Source of the DNA: an uncultured delta proteobacterium
GTDB taxonomy: Bacteria > Myxococcota > Myxococcia > Myxococcales > Myxococcaceae
Direction: 5' to 3'
Assembly (NCBI GenBank): GCA_963771175.1
Contig: CAVYSY010000030.1
Coordinates: 160,001-224,000, forward strand
Length of the DNA stretch: 64,000 bases
Made by a program: the position numbers and the translations under genes. Numbering within the stretch: the stretch's first letter is position 1; each line of letters begins with the position of its first letter. Positions 1-10,519 of the stretch are shown here, piece after piece. The notes beneath the pieces were generated by a model. The model had not been told where the DNA came from and ran no database searches. It saw only the letters and a list, made by a program, of their open reading frames with translations.

Positions 1-1
1 G

Positions 2-1744
2 GCCGGGGATGCGGACCGGGTCCGTCAGGCGCTCTGGGCGCTGGTGGCGCGGCCGGACGCGGAGGCTTCGCGCGTCACGGACCTGGCCGAGGGCCTGCGC
101 GCCGAGGACGACTGGGTGGGGCTGATGCGGCTGGCGGACCTGCTCGCGCAGTGGGACGCCCCCTCGGCCACGGACCTGCGGGACGAGGTGCTGCGCGCGG
201 AGGGCATCGCCCCCGAGCTGCGCCTGCGGGCCCTGGAAGCTCTCGCGACGGCGCCGGCCTTCTCCGAGCGCCTGTTCAGCCTGTTGCCGGGACTCTCTGG
301 CTACCCGGAGCCGCTCGCCGAGGCGGTGCTCACCCACGTCCGGGCCCTGCCGGTGGAGGAGCGCATCGAGGCCCTGTCCGAGGCGGCGGATGGCTGGCCG
401 GAGCGGCGTGGCAAGCTGCTGCGCGAGCGCTTCCGGCTGCAGCGTGACGGGGGCGACACGGCGGGCGCGGCGGAGACGCTGGGCCTGCTCATCCTGCTCG
501 AGACGGACCCCAAGGCCCGTGCCGGCCTCCACGTGGAGCATGGCGACATGCTGATGTGGGCGGGCGACAAGGCTCGCGCGCAGGAGGCCTTCGAGAAGGC
601 ACTCGAGGACGCTCCGGGGACGGTGCGCGCGCTGGAGTTCCTGCTGCCCATCTACGAGGAGACGCGCGACCATGCGCGCTTCGTGATGGCGGCGGAGCAG
701 CTCGCGTCGATTCTCGCCGGCCCGGCCGCGATGGGGCTGTGGCGCGAGCGTCTCGCGGAGGCCTACGAGGCTCTCGGCCGGCTGGCGGAGGCCTCCGAGC
801 AGCTCAAGCTGTTGCCGGAGACGCCGGAGCGGCTGGAGCACCGCGTGCGCATCGCCGAGGCCCAGGGCCTCACGGGCGAGGCGCTGCAACTGCGCGAGCG
901 CCTCACCGAGGACCCCGCGCAGCTCGAGGCCATCCTCCGCCAGTACCTGGATGCGCAGTTGGTGGTGTTCGCGGTGCGCCTGGCCGAGCGGCTCTACCAG
1001 GCGGGCCAGCTCTCGCCGGAGGCGAAGCGACTGGTGGCGGAGCGGCTGTCGCCCACCTACCAGGGGGCGGCGCTGGCCATCCACCTGTGGCCCGAGCTGC
1101 TGAGGCAGCAGCCGGTGGACGCGGACGGGTGGACGCTCTACGCCGAGGCGCTGAAGGCCTGCGACGACGTCCCCATGGAGGTGGCGCGCGTGGACGGCTT
1201 CGGCGCGGCGCTCGTCTCCAGCACGGAGGCGGCCCCGGCGGCGACGCTCTCTCCAGTGGCGCGGCCCGAGGACTTCCGCCACCCGCTACCTCCGGACGCG
1301 GTGCCCGTCACGGGCGAGCGGATGCCTCGCCTGCACGCGGCCCTGCTGTCCACGCTGAGGGCGCTGGGGGCGAAGCACCTGCGCGTCTTCGTGGATCCGG
1401 CGGGCGGCGTGGAGGCATACCTCACGTCACCGGACGAGCTGGTGTTGGGCGCGGGCGCGCTGGCCTGCTTCGGTCTGGTGGAGCTGAGCTACCTCTGCGC
1501 GCTGGCGGTGTGCCTGGGCGCGTCTGGCGAGGCGCTGGCCCGGCCCGGTCCGGTGCCTGGCTTCGACGAGGCGGCGGTGGCGGCGTTCCGCGCGGTGCCG
1601 GCGTCGCTCGCCGCGTCGCGCGTGCTGGCGCACCTGTCGCCCGAGGTGCGCGGCTCCAACCCCGACACGGTGGATGTGGGCACGGTGCTGCGGACGAGCT
1701 CGGCGTTCCGCGCGGTGGCCCTCGCCGCCCTGGAGGTCGTGTAA
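2..1744 (+). CDS. Large TPR/helical-repeat protein, C-terminal part (5' end outside window)
   Basis: Frame open from base 2; Ala/Leu/Glu-rich helical repeats, TPR-like segment (ARAQEAFEKALEDAPGTVRALEFL); strong GC3 bias. Confidence 0.7.
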   Translation, partial: AGDADRVRQALWALVARPDAEASRVTDLAEGLRAEDDWVGLMRLADLLAQWDAPSATDLRDEVLRAEGIAPELRLRALEALATAPAFSERLFSLLPGLSGYPEPLAEAVLTHVRALPVEERIEALSEAADGWPERRGKLLRERFRLQRDGGDTAGAAETLGLLILLETDPKARAGLHVEHGDMLMWAGDKARAQEAFEKALEDAPGTVRALEFLLPIYEETRDHARFVMAAEQLASILAGPAAMGLWRERLAEAYEALGRLAEASEQLKLLPETPERLEHRVRIAEAQGLTGEALQLRERLTEDPAQLEAILRQYLDAQLVVFAVRLAERLYQAGQLSPEAKRLVAERLSPTYQGAALAIHLWPELLRQQPVDADGWTLYAEALKACDDVPMEVARVDGFGAALVSSTEAAPAATLSPVARPEDFRHPLPPDAVPVTGERMPRLHAALLSTLRALGAKHLRVFVDPAGGVEAYLTSPDELVLGAGALACFGLVELSYLCALAVCLGASGEALARPGPVPGFDEAAVAAFRAVPASLAASRVLAHLSPEVRGSNPDTVDVGTVLRTSSAFRAVALAALEVV

Positions 1745-1756
1745 CCTCGCCCGCTT

Positions 1757-2374
1757 ATGCCCGCCTCTCGTTTCCTGCCCCTGCTGCTCATCCCCGTGCT
1801 CGCCCTCATCGGCGCGTGTGTGTCCGAGACGGTGTACCCGGGGGACCTCACCGTCGGCACGTTCGACTTCCAGGCCCAGGCGAACTGGTCGCGCACGGAC
1901 TGCAAGCCGGACAGCGGTGACTTCAACCAACTGGTGGATGGAGGCTTCGGCTACGCGGGCACCTTCTCGCGCGACAGCGTGGACGGCGGGGTGTGGTTCA
2001 CCATCGACGGCTTCTCGCGCAAGGGCACCTACGAGGCGGTGGCGCAGCGCTACACCACCAACCACCGGGCCGCGGCTCAAATCCCGAGCTGTGGCGAGGG
2101 CTGCGAGGGTGCGCAGATTGAAGAGACGATGACGGTGGTGGTGCTCAGTGACAGCCAGGATCGGAGCATCGGCAGCAAGTGCGCCAACCTGCCGGATGGT
2201 GGCCTGCCGGATGGCTCGGTGCCGGGCCCCACCGTCAATGGGTACGACGCCGAGAGGGCCTGCGGAGAGCTGAAGGTGGTATTCCTCCCGGGCAACAAGG
2301 ACTGCAAGTGCGTGACGTCGTGCGCGGCGGTGTACGGCGTGGAAGGGAAGCGGCGCTTCAATGACGGCAAGTAA
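1757..2374 (+). CDS. Putative lipoprotein, Cys-rich, unknown function
   Basis: Signal peptide with lipobox-like LIGA-C; overlaps queC start. Confidence 0.75.
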   Translation: MPASRFLPLLLIPVLALIGACVSETVYPGDLTVGTFDFQAQANWSRTDCKPDSGDFNQLVDGGFGYAGTFSRDSVDGGVWFTIDGFSRKGTYEAVAQRYTTNHRAAAQIPSCGEGCEGAQIEETMTVVVLSDSQDRSIGSKCANLPDGGLPDGSVPGPTVNGYDAERACGELKVVFLPGNKDCKCVTSCAAVYGVEGKRRFNDGK

Positions 2375-3059
2375 GAAGGCGGTGGTGCTGCTGTCGGGCG
2401 GACTGGACTCCACCACCTGCCTGGCGATGGCCAAGGCGGAGGGCTTCGAGCCGGTGTGCCTGGCGGTGGCCTACGGGCAGCGGCACGCGGTGGAGCTGCA
2501 GCGGGCGCGCCGGGTGGCGGAGTCCCTGGGCGTGAAGGACTTCCGGGTGGTGACGGTGGACCTGCGGCAGGTGGGCGGCTCGGCACTGACGGCGGACATC
2601 GAGGTGCCCAAGGACCGGCCCGAGGGCGAGATGTCCCACGGCATCCCCATCACCTACGTGCCGGCGCGCAACGCGCTCTTCCTGTCGCTGGCGCTGGGGT
2701 TGGCGGAGGTGGTGGGCGCGAGCGACCTCTACATCGGCGTGAACGCGGTGGACTACAGCGGCTACCCGGACTGCCGGCCCGAGTTCATCCGGGCGTTCGA
2801 GAGCATGGCGAACCTGGCCACGAAGGCGGGGGTGGAGGGAACGCGCTTCAAGGTGCACGCGCCGCTGTCGGGGATGAGCAAGGCGGACATCATCCGCGCG
2901 GGCGTGAAGCTGGGCGTGGACTACGGGATGACGCACTCCTGCTACGACCCGGACCCCCAGGGGCGGGCGTGTGGGCGGTGCGATAGCTGCGTGCTGCGGC
3001 GCCGGGGATTCGAGCAGGCGGGGGTGCCGGATCCCACGCCCTACGTGCAGGGGGCCTGA
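2361..3059 (+). CDS. queC: 7-cyano-7-deazaguanine synthase
   Basis: SGGLDS PP-loop, YVPARN, GYPDCR, and Zn-binding SCY..CGRCDSC. Confidence 0.97.
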   Translation: MTASKKAVVLLSGGLDSTTCLAMAKAEGFEPVCLAVAYGQRHAVELQRARRVAESLGVKDFRVVTVDLRQVGGSALTADIEVPKDRPEGEMSHGIPITYVPARNALFLSLALGLAEVVGASDLYIGVNAVDYSGYPDCRPEFIRAFESMANLATKAGVEGTRFKVHAPLSGMSKADIIRAGVKLGVDYGMTHSCYDPDPQGRACGRCDSCVLRRRGFEQAGVPDPTPYVQGA

Positions 3060-3060
3060 G

Positions 3061-3684
3061 ATGGCGGGACCCGCGAGCGTGGCATTGGGACTGTGGCTCG
3101 CCGCGAGTGGCGCGCCGGTGGTGGATGCCACGGAGGTGGTGAAGGACCTGGTGCTGGACATGAAGTACGCCACGCCGGACAACTTCCTGAAGCAGAAGGT
3201 GTACCCGGACGGGGCGCGCTGCCTGCTACTGCCCGAGACGGCGGAGCGGCTGGCGAAGGCGGCGGACACGCTGCGCGAGCAGGGCTACCGGCTGAAGGTG
3301 TACGACTGCTACCGGCCGATCGCCGTGCAGTGGCAGATGTGGAAGATCTTCCCGAAGCCGGGCTACGTGGCGAACCCGAAGAAGGGCGGCAACCACAACC
3401 GGGGCGCGGCGGTGGACCTGACGCTGGTGACGCCGGAGGGCGCCGAGGTGGAGATGCCCACGGCGTTCGACTCGTTCGAGAAGGCGGCTCACCACGGGTA
3501 CGCGGGAGGCACGGAGTCCTCGCGCAAGCACCGCGAGATTCTGCGTGCGGCCATGGAAGGCGCCGGCTTCAAGAAGAACCAGATGGAGTGGTGGCACTAC
3601 GACCTGCCGGGAGCGACGAAGCTCCCGGTGCTGGACGTGCCCTTCACGAAGGAGACCGAGGCTCCCAAGCCCCAGCAGCCCTGA
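3061..3684 (+). CDS. ddpX: D-Ala-D-Ala dipeptidase (peptidase M15D, VanX/DdpX family)
   Basis: YATPDNF, DCYRP, HNRGAAVDLTL, EWWHY motifs; ATG 1 nt after the queC stop. Confidence 0.9.
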   Translation: MAGPASVALGLWLAASGAPVVDATEVVKDLVLDMKYATPDNFLKQKVYPDGARCLLLPETAERLAKAADTLREQGYRLKVYDCYRPIAVQWQMWKIFPKPGYVANPKKGGNHNRGAAVDLTLVTPEGAEVEMPTAFDSFEKAAHHGYAGGTESSRKHREILRAAMEGAGFKKNQMEWWHYDLPGATKLPVLDVPFTKETEAPKPQQP

Positions 3685-3690
3685 CTCACC

Positions 3691-4527
3691 TCAGCGGACG
3701 AAGCGCGCCATCGGCTCGACGCTGATCTCGAACTCGGAAGCGAAGGTGGCGCCGGGAGCGACGGTGTGCAGTCCGTGGCCCGTCTTCAGCGCGCCCCCGA
3801 GGGCCGTCCAGGGCTCGACGCAGACGAAGTCACGGCCGGCGAGCGTCCACACCACCAGCGCGGTGAAGGAGGGGCTCCAGGCGAGCTCCACCGGGCGCAG
3901 GCCCTGCCCGCGCTCGAGCGTGGTGCCCTGCAGCGAGTGGTCGAGCAGGTGCATGTCCACCTCGGGCCCGCTCAGGTCCATTCCGGTGAAGGGGACGGTG
4001 GCGCCCTGGCGGTTGTCCCAGGCGCGCGAGGCATCGGTCTCGACGCTGGCGGCGGCCTTGTTCGCCTGGGGCACGTAGAAGTACGGGTGGTAGCCGAGGT
4101 GCAGCGGCATGGGTCGCGAGTCCCGGTTCTCGACGCTGAAGGAGAGGTGGAGCGCGGTGCCCACCAGCGTCACGGCGAGGAGCGCCTCGAAGCGCCAGGG
4201 AAACTCGCGCAGCGTCTGCTCCGAGTGCCCCAGCGCGAGCACCACGCGCGAGGCCTCCTGGGTGCGCACTTCCCAGGGCAGGTCACGGCCGAAGCCATGG
4301 CGGCGCATGGGGTACTCGCGGCCGTCCACGGTGTACGTGCCCCCGGGGATGACGCCGGGCGAGGGGAAGAGCACGGGGATGCCGCCGCGCACATTCTTGG
4401 TGGGGTCGGCGAGGGTGCTCTCATCGAGGAAGAGGATGGGCTCGCCCTCGACAGTGAAGCGGGTGACGAGCGCGCCCCGCTCGGGGACGACCTCGGCGCG
4501 AGAGGCGCCATCCGTGAGCACCACCAT
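3691..4527 (-). CDS. Aldose 1-epimerase / galactose mutarotase-like protein
   Basis: RGGIPVLFP, HGFGR, GYHPYF, FVCVEPW motifs; GGAGG RBS before ATG at 4527. Confidence 0.9.
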   Translation of the reverse strand: MVVLTDGASRAEVVPERGALVTRFTVEGEPILFLDESTLADPTKNVRGGIPVLFPSPGVIPGGTYTVDGREYPMRRHGFGRDLPWEVRTQEASRVVLALGHSEQTLREFPWRFEALLAVTLVGTALHLSFSVENRDSRPMPLHLGYHPYFYVPQANKAAASVETDASRAWDNRQGATVPFTGMDLSGPEVDMHLLDHSLQGTTLERGQGLRPVELAWSPSFTALVVWTLAGRDFVCVEPWTALGGALKTGHGLHTVAPGATFASEFEISVEPMARFVR

Positions 4528-4637
4528 GTTCGCCTCCCGGGCATGCCCACGCCGGACGTGGCGTGGCTGCCGGGCTTGTAGCAGAGGGGGTCTACGGACG
4601 CTTCGGGAAGAGGTGCCCGTGTCGTTTTCCATGCTTC

Positions 4638-5075
4638 TCAATGGTGCACCGCGAGAACGCGGCCCTGCCCGTCAATGGCATATACCGCTCCTCCGTCGAG
4701 AACGATCCTCTCGGGGGCGCATTTCGGCAACCCATCTGGGGAGAAGCGGATGAAGAAGAGGTTGTCATCCACTTGCAGGATCGAGGTGGTGAACGTCTCC
4801 CAGCGCGAGAGGCACTGCGCCACCAGGTCTTTCTCGCTCGCGGGATTGGTGCCTGGAGGAATGAACTCGTTCCGTGCTGTCTCGAGCGCCTTCATCATGG
4901 GGCCCGAGAGCCGGGTGCTTCCCTCGAACGAATTCGGGAACTTGATCCTTTCGGACTCCTCTGGTGGTGCCCAGTCCGCTTTCTGGTGTTTGTAATATCC
5001 AAAGTAGGCGCCAAGGTTTGCGCACCCCGGCAGAGTGATGAGGAGGAAGAGAAGGGCGGGGCGAAGTGGTTTCAT
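4638..5075 (-). CDS. Small lipoprotein, unknown function
   Basis: MKPLRPALLFLLITLPG-C lipobox; visibly lower GC than neighbours. Confidence 0.7.
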   Translation of the reverse strand: MKPLRPALLFLLITLPGCANLGAYFGYYKHQKADWAPPEESERIKFPNSFEGSTRLSGPMMKALETARNEFIPPGTNPASEKDLVAQCLSRWETFTTSILQVDDNLFFIRFSPDGLPKCAPERIVLDGGAVYAIDGQGRVLAVHH

Positions 5076-5160
5076 GGTGCTCACCAGTGGAAGTCAGGGC
5101 AACACATCCATGGGGAAGATTCTGCATATGTATGCGAACTCCTCACCCCGTCTCCCCTCA

Positions 5161-5965
5161 TCAGGCGGCCGGGTCATGGGTATGGAAGGTCGCCACCACG
5201 GCGTTGTGGTCGGTGGCGCCGGCCCACGTCCACTACCTGGGCGCTGATGAGCCGCTCGGCCATGCGAGGGGAGGCGTAGATGTAGTCCGTCCGGTAGTCG
5301 ATCCTCACGCCACCCCGGTCGCGCCGAGCGGTCACCCACTCGGGCGAGGCGGGGCGGTGGCGCAGGGTGTCCACCCAACCGAAGGACTCCAGGTCGTCGA
5401 TGACATCGAAGCGCGGCGGGTGGCCGTATTTGTCCACGCCCGCCATGCGCACCTTGTCCGCGAGGTCGACGGGGTAGGGGTCCATCCGGGAGAGGGAGTT
5501 GAGGTCTCCGGCCAGCAGGTACAGGCCCTCGCGGAAGGCGTCGGGGCTCAGCAGTGAGCGCAGGTAGCGCGCCTCGACGAACCGGAGGTTCTCGTGGTGC
5601 GCGTCGTAGTGCGTCCCGAAGAAGGTGAGCGGGCCACCGGCGTCGAGCTCGCACTGGACGAGGGCGTGCCCGATGAAGTGCGGGTCGTTGTGCACGCGAA
5701 TGTCGCGCAACGGCAGCCGGCTGAGGACGGACACGTGGTAGCAGCTGCCGCTGCCTCGCGGGCGGGCGGAGCCCAGGTGGGCGTGGATGGTGCCGTCGGG
5801 TCCCAGCGCGGCGGCGACGCGGCGCAGACGCTCGCCATCTTCCCAGCCCAGGCACTCCTGGAGGACGAGCAGGTCCGGGCTCTCCCGCGCCAGGAGGGTG
5901 AGCAGGGCCTCGAAACGGTCTTGCCCTCCAAAGAGGACGTTGAGCGTCATCACCTTCAGGGACAT
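5161..5965 (-). CDS. Endonuclease/exonuclease/phosphatase (EEP) family protein; frameshift near 5223
   Basis: MTLNV, DLLVLQE, AGDLNS, RTDYIY motifs; the final TDH motif (GATDHNAVVATF) is in another frame that ends at TGA 5161. Confidence 0.85.
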
Positions 5966-6726
5966 GGAGCACCCATTCGCCGCACGCGGATGAGCTCGCC
6001 CACGATGGAGACGGCGATCTCCCCCGGTGTCAGCGCGCCGATGTCCATGCCCATGGGGGAGCGCATGCGAGCCACGGCGGCCTCGTCGAAGCCCGCGGCG
6101 CGCAGCCGCATCCGGAAGCGCTCGGCCTTGCGCCGACTGCCAATCACTCCCAGGTACGCCGAGGGCTTGTTCACCAGCGCCTCCACCACCGCCTGGTCCA
6201 GCGGGTGGTCGTGCGTGGTGACGCAGTAGTACTGGTCCGCTCCACCGGCCAGCTCGCGCGCGTGGTCCGCCGGGTCCCTCACCCGCAGCTCGACGTCGGG
6301 GAAGCGCTCGGGGTTGGCCCACTCGGGCCGGGCGTCCACCACGGTGACGCGGAAGCCCACCCGGTGCGCCAGCGCGGCCAACTCCTTCGCCACGTGCCCC
6401 GCGCCGAAGATGGTGAGCCGCGGCGGTGCCCCGTGCTTCTCCAGGAACACCTTCATCCGCCCCCCACAGCACATGCCCAGCTCGTGCGTGAGGTGCGTCT
6501 CGATGACGCGCGTCCCTTCCTCCGAGGCCAGCAGCGCCCGCGAGGCCTGGATGATCTGCTGCTCGATGGCCCCGCCGCCCACGGTGCCTCGCAGGCTCCC
6601 GTCACCGAGCACCACCAGCTTCGAGCCCGGCTTCTGGGGCGTGCTGCCGGCGCTCTCGATGACGGTCGCGAGCACGAACGGACGGCCCTCCGCGACGAGG
6701 GCCGCCATCTCCGCGTACAGGTCCAT
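5956..6726 (-). CDS. xdhC: XdhC/CoxI family molybdoenzyme maturation factor
   Basis: GSTPQKPG, GTVGGG, GMCCGG, FGAGHV, THDHPLD, YLGVIGS, EIAVSI motifs. Confidence 0.92.
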   Translation of the reverse strand: MDLYAEMAALVAEGRPFVLATVIESAGSTPQKPGSKLVVLGDGSLRGTVGGGAIEQQIIQASRALLASEEGTRVIETHLTHELGMCCGGRMKVFLEKHGAPPRLTIFGAGHVAKELAALAHRVGFRVTVVDARPEWANPERFPDVELRVRDPADHARELAGGADQYYCVTTHDHPLDQAVVEALVNKPSAYLGVIGSRRKAERFRMRLRAAGFDEAAVARMRSPMGMDIGALTPGEIAVSIVGELIRVRRMGAPCP

Positions 6727-6758
6727 GACGGGAGGCAAGTGTCTACCCCCTCCCCGGC

Positions 6759-7797
6759 CTACCCGAAGAAGACCTGCGCGACCTTGAAGAACTCCTGGGG
6801 CACCTTCTTGAGCTCACGGGTGGCCTCCGACAGGTCCACGCTGACGATCTCATTGCCCCGCAGCGCGGCCATCTTGCCGAACTCGCTCCGGGCGACCATG
6901 TCGCATGCGTGGACGCCGAAGCGCGTGGCCAGCACGCGGTCGTGCGCGGTGGGCGCGCCGCCGCGCTGGATGTGGCCCAGCACCGATACGCGCGTCTCGT
7001 AGCCCGTGCGCTTCTCAATCTCGTTCGCCACGATGCTGCCCACACCGCCCAGGCGCGGCCGGCCCGCCTCGTCCAGCGAGCCCGAGGTGACGAGCTGCTC
7101 CTGCTGGTCGTGCGACAGCTTGATGCGCGTGCCCTCGGCCACCACCACGATGGAGAAGGTGCGCCCGGTGGAGTGCCGGTGCTTGATGTGCTCGGCCACC
7201 GCCTCCAGGTCCGCGGGGACCTCGGGCACGAGAATCACGTCCGCGCCGCCGGCCATGCCCGCGTAGGTGGCGATCCACCCCACGTGCCGCCCCATCACCT
7301 CGCACACGATGACGCGCTTGTGCGACTCGGCGGTGGAGTGCAGCCGGTCGATGGCCTCGGTGGCGATGGTCACCGCGGTGTCGAAGCCGAAGGTGAAGTC
7401 CGTGCCGTTGAGGTCGTTGTCGATCGTCTTCGGCACGCCGACGATGCGCAGACCCTCCTGGGCCATGCGCGTGGCGGCGGAGAGCGTGCCCTCACCGCCG
7501 ATGGCGATGATGGCGTGGATGTCGTTGCGCTCGATGGCCCGCTTCACCTTCTCCAGCCCGTTCTCGACCTTGAACGGGTTGACGCGGGAGGTGCCGAGGA
7601 TGGTGCCTCCGCGGTGGAGGATGCCGGAGGTGGTCTCGCGCGTGAGGCGGAAGTGGTTGTCCTCCAGGAGGCCCTTCCACCCGTCGCGCAGGCCCATCAT
7701 TCTCGAATCCGTGAGCGCTGGCCCGGCGCACGATGGCGCGGATGACTGCATTGAGGCCGGGGCAGTCGCCCCCGCCAGTAAGAACGGCGACTTTCAT
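6759..7797 (-). CDS. pfkA: 6-phosphofructokinase; frameshift near 7700
   Basis: N-terminal LTGGGDCPGLNA in ORF 7492..7833; GGTILGTSR, GGEGT, PKTIDND, EVMGR, LGHIQRGG in ORF 6759..7751; removing one A at ~7700 joins the frames. Confidence 0.93.
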
Positions 7798-8050
7798 GAG
7801 GTGCCCTTCTAACGCACCTCGGGGTCGAGTCATGCCGGAAGTTGGTCCAGATCGCCCGCCAGCAACGGTGACGGTCAGCCCGGGAGGTTGCTCGGTGGGA
7901 AAGGCGAGCGGGCGGGCACGGCCTTCAGGGTTGGGGGACCCTACCCGGCTCGCGGGTTCCTCCAGGCCCGATGCAATAGGTCACACCTTGCTTTGTCGAG
8001 GAGAGTGCTTTCGTTATGCTGGAGTTCCCCCGTCCCGCTTTGGTCCTGCC

Positions 8051-8791
8051 TTGAACGTTCGCGTCTTCGCCACCGAGCAGGAAGCCGCCGCCGCCTGTGC
8101 GGCCCACGTCGCCGCGGCCATCCAAGAGAAGCCCGAGCTGGTGCTCGGCCTGCCCACGGGCCGCACCCCGCTCAACGTGTACCGGGAATTGGTGGCCCTG
8201 CATCGACGCGGTGCGTTGGACCTCTCGCGGGTGACCACCTTCAACCTGGACGAGTTCCTCGGCCTGCCGCCTGACGATCCGGGCAGCTTCCGGGCGTACA
8301 TGGAGCGGCACCTCTTCCAGCACATCAACCTGTCACCCGAGCGCATCCACTTCTTCGATGGGAGCGCGGAGCGGGCCGAGCGGGAGTGCGCCCGCTATGA
8401 CGCACAGCTCGCGGCCGCGGGCGGGTTGGACCTGCTGCTGCTGGGCGTTGGGCCCAACGGGCATGTGGCCTTCAACGAGCCGGGCGAGAGCCTGCAGGCG
8501 GCCAGCCACCGGGCTCGCCTCACGCGGGAGACGCGCCAGGCGGTGGCCTCCTTCTTCGGTGACGACGTGTCGCGGGTGCCGCTGGCGGCGCTCACGATGG
8601 GCATGGGCGCGCTGCTCCAGGCGCGCCGCATCATCGTCCTGGCCTTTGGAGCGCGCAAGGCGGCGGCGGTGACGGCCATGGTGCGCGGCCCCCTCACCAC
8701 GCTCTGCCCGGCCTCCTTCCTCCAGCTCCACCGGGACGTGGAGGTCTGGGTGGACACGGCGGCCGGGCGCGGCCTGGAGACGTCCCTCTAG
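8051..8791 (+). CDS. nagB: Glucosamine-6-phosphate deaminase
   Basis: LGLPTGRTP, FNLDE, GHVAFNEPG, TMGMG, PASFLQLH; start taken as TTG 8051. Confidence 0.93.
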   Translation: MNVRVFATEQEAAAACAAHVAAAIQEKPELVLGLPTGRTPLNVYRELVALHRRGALDLSRVTTFNLDEFLGLPPDDPGSFRAYMERHLFQHINLSPERIHFFDGSAERAERECARYDAQLAAAGGLDLLLLGVGPNGHVAFNEPGESLQAASHRARLTRETRQAVASFFGDDVSRVPLAALTMGMGALLQARRIIVLAFGARKAAAVTAMVRGPLTTLCPASFLQLHRDVEVWVDTAAGRGLETSL

Positions 8792-10461
8792 TACGGCACG
8801 CCGCCGGCCACGGACGAGGCGTGGCGCTCGCGCACGAGCCGCAGCAGGCCGAGGAACTCGGCGCGGTCGCTCATCCCGTCCACGGCCCCCTCGGCGAGCG
8901 CCTCGGCGGTGGCGAGGCTCCAGTCGCCGGCCTGGGGCGCCCCGCGCAGGATGTCCGCGGTGCCGGCCACGGCGGTGGCGAAGCGCAGGTCCGCGGAGGC
9001 CTGCTTCAGCGAGCCATGGAGCCGGGCCTTCTCCAGGGAGAAGCTCTGCTCGGCTGCCTCCACCCCGCCGGGCCGCTTGGCTCGCACGCGCACGGTGGCC
9101 ACGAGCGAGCCCTCGCCAGCGAGCTCCACCTCGTAGAGGGCGGTGACGGTGTGGCCGGCACCAATCTCGCCCGCGTCCACCTTGTCGTTGCGGAAGTCCT
9201 TGTCGGCGATGTCGCGGTTCTCGTAGCCCAGCAGCCGGTAGCCGCGCACGGCCTTGGGGTCGAACTCCACCTGCACCTTCACGTCCTGGGCGATGACCTC
9301 CAGCGTGCCGGCGAGCCGCTCCTGGAAGACGCGGCGGGCCTCGCGCTCGCTGTCGATGTAGAAGCAGTTGCCGTTGCCCTTGTTGGCCAGCCGCTCCATC
9401 AGGTCATCGCGGTAGTTGCCCATGCCCAGGCCGATGGTGGTCAGGGTGACGCCCTCCTGCACGTAGCCCTGGACGCTCTCGAGCATGGCATCGGCGGTGA
9501 GGTTGCGGCCGAGGTTGGTGTCGCCATCCGTGAGGACGACGACGCGGGAGACGCTCTTGGGGCCGGCCTTCCTGGCGGCGTACTTGTAGGCGAGCTCCAG
9601 GCCATCGCCCATGGCGGTGCCGCCGCCGGAGGTGAGCGAGTCGATGGCGGCGAAGACGGTGTCACGCTGGGTGGCGGGAGTGGGGGACAGCACGTCGCGC
9701 ACGCTGCCGGCGTAGGTGACGAGCGCCACGGTGTCCTCCTCGTTGAGGCCGTCCACCATCAGCTTCATGGCCTTCTGGGCGAGCGGCAGCTTGTCCTCGC
9801 TGCTCATCGAGCCGCTGGTGTCCACCAGGAAGACGAGGTGCGTGGGCTTGCGCTGGCTCTTGGAGACGTTGCGGCCCTGGAGGCCCACCTTGAGGATGTG
9901 CCGGCCCTGGGTGAAGGGAGAGGGGGCGCCCTCGAGCTCCACCCGGAAGTCCCCCGTCTCGGGGCCGGGGTAGCGGTAGCGGAAGTAGTTCACCCACTCC
10001 TCCACGCGCACGGACTCACGCGGGGGCAGGCGGCCCTCGGAGACGGTGCGGCGGAAGAGGGTGTAGGAGGCGGTGTCCACGTCCACCGCGAAGGTGGAGA
10101 AGCGATCCTCGGTGGTGTGCGTGAAGGGGTTGGGACGCTCGGCGACGTGGGTGTTGCCGGTGGTGACGGGCTCGGCGGGCGCGGCGGCCCGCATGGGCTG
10201 GGCCTTCATCATGGCGATGGAGCCGGTCGGCGCGGGGGGCGGCGGAGGCGTGGTCGGGTACGACTCGCCCTCCTCGTCGTTTGTCCCGAAGGTCTTGAAC
10301 GACTTGACCCGCCCCGAGCTCTCCACGCCAGCGAGCGCGTCCGCGTTCGCGCCGAAGAGCCTGCGGACGTTGTTGCCGAAGAGGGAGAAGACCACCAGCA
10401 GGGCGACGACGAGGCCCCCGGCGACGAGGGCGAGGGTCGAGAGGCTCGGAGATCGTTTCAT
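8788..10461 (-). CDS. Membrane-anchored vWA-domain protein (YfbK/DUF3520-like)
   Basis: N-terminal TM; STFAVDVDTASY, VRVEEWVNYF, MIDAS DTSGS, TDGD, DAGEIGAGHTVTALYE. Confidence 0.88.
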   Translation of the reverse strand: MKRSPSLSTLALVAGGLVVALLVVFSLFGNNVRRLFGANADALAGVESSGRVKSFKTFGTNDEEGESYPTTPPPPPAPTGSIAMMKAQPMRAAAPAEPVTTGNTHVAERPNPFTHTTEDRFSTFAVDVDTASYTLFRRTVSEGRLPPRESVRVEEWVNYFRYRYPGPETGDFRVELEGAPSPFTQGRHILKVGLQGRNVSKSQRKPTHLVFLVDTSGSMSSEDKLPLAQKAMKLMVDGLNEEDTVALVTYAGSVRDVLSPTPATQRDTVFAAIDSLTSGGGTAMGDGLELAYKYAARKAGPKSVSRVVVLTDGDTNLGRNLTADAMLESVQGYVQEGVTLTTIGLGMGNYRDDLMERLANKGNGNCFYIDSEREARRVFQERLAGTLEVIAQDVKVQVEFDPKAVRGYRLLGYENRDIADKDFRNDKVDAGEIGAGHTVTALYEVELAGEGSLVATVRVRAKRPGGVEAAEQSFSLEKARLHGSLKQASADLRFATAVAGTADILRGAPQAGDWSLATAEALAEGAVDGMSDRAEFLGLLRLVRERHASSVAGGVPY

Positions 10462-10519
10462 GCGTGCGGGAGTCGCACGCTTTCCAGGGTCCGCGCGTCC
10501 GTCATCCGGAGGAGGTCGG

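Noticed and set aside
2361..3059. queC as part of a 7-deazaguanine DNA-modification or Qat defence system
   Set aside because: Canonical-length QueC with no dpd, qat or other defence genes nearby
7690..7710. Programmed frameshifting in pfkA
   Set aside because: No slippery heptamer, and similar indels occur throughout the window, so error is more parsimonious
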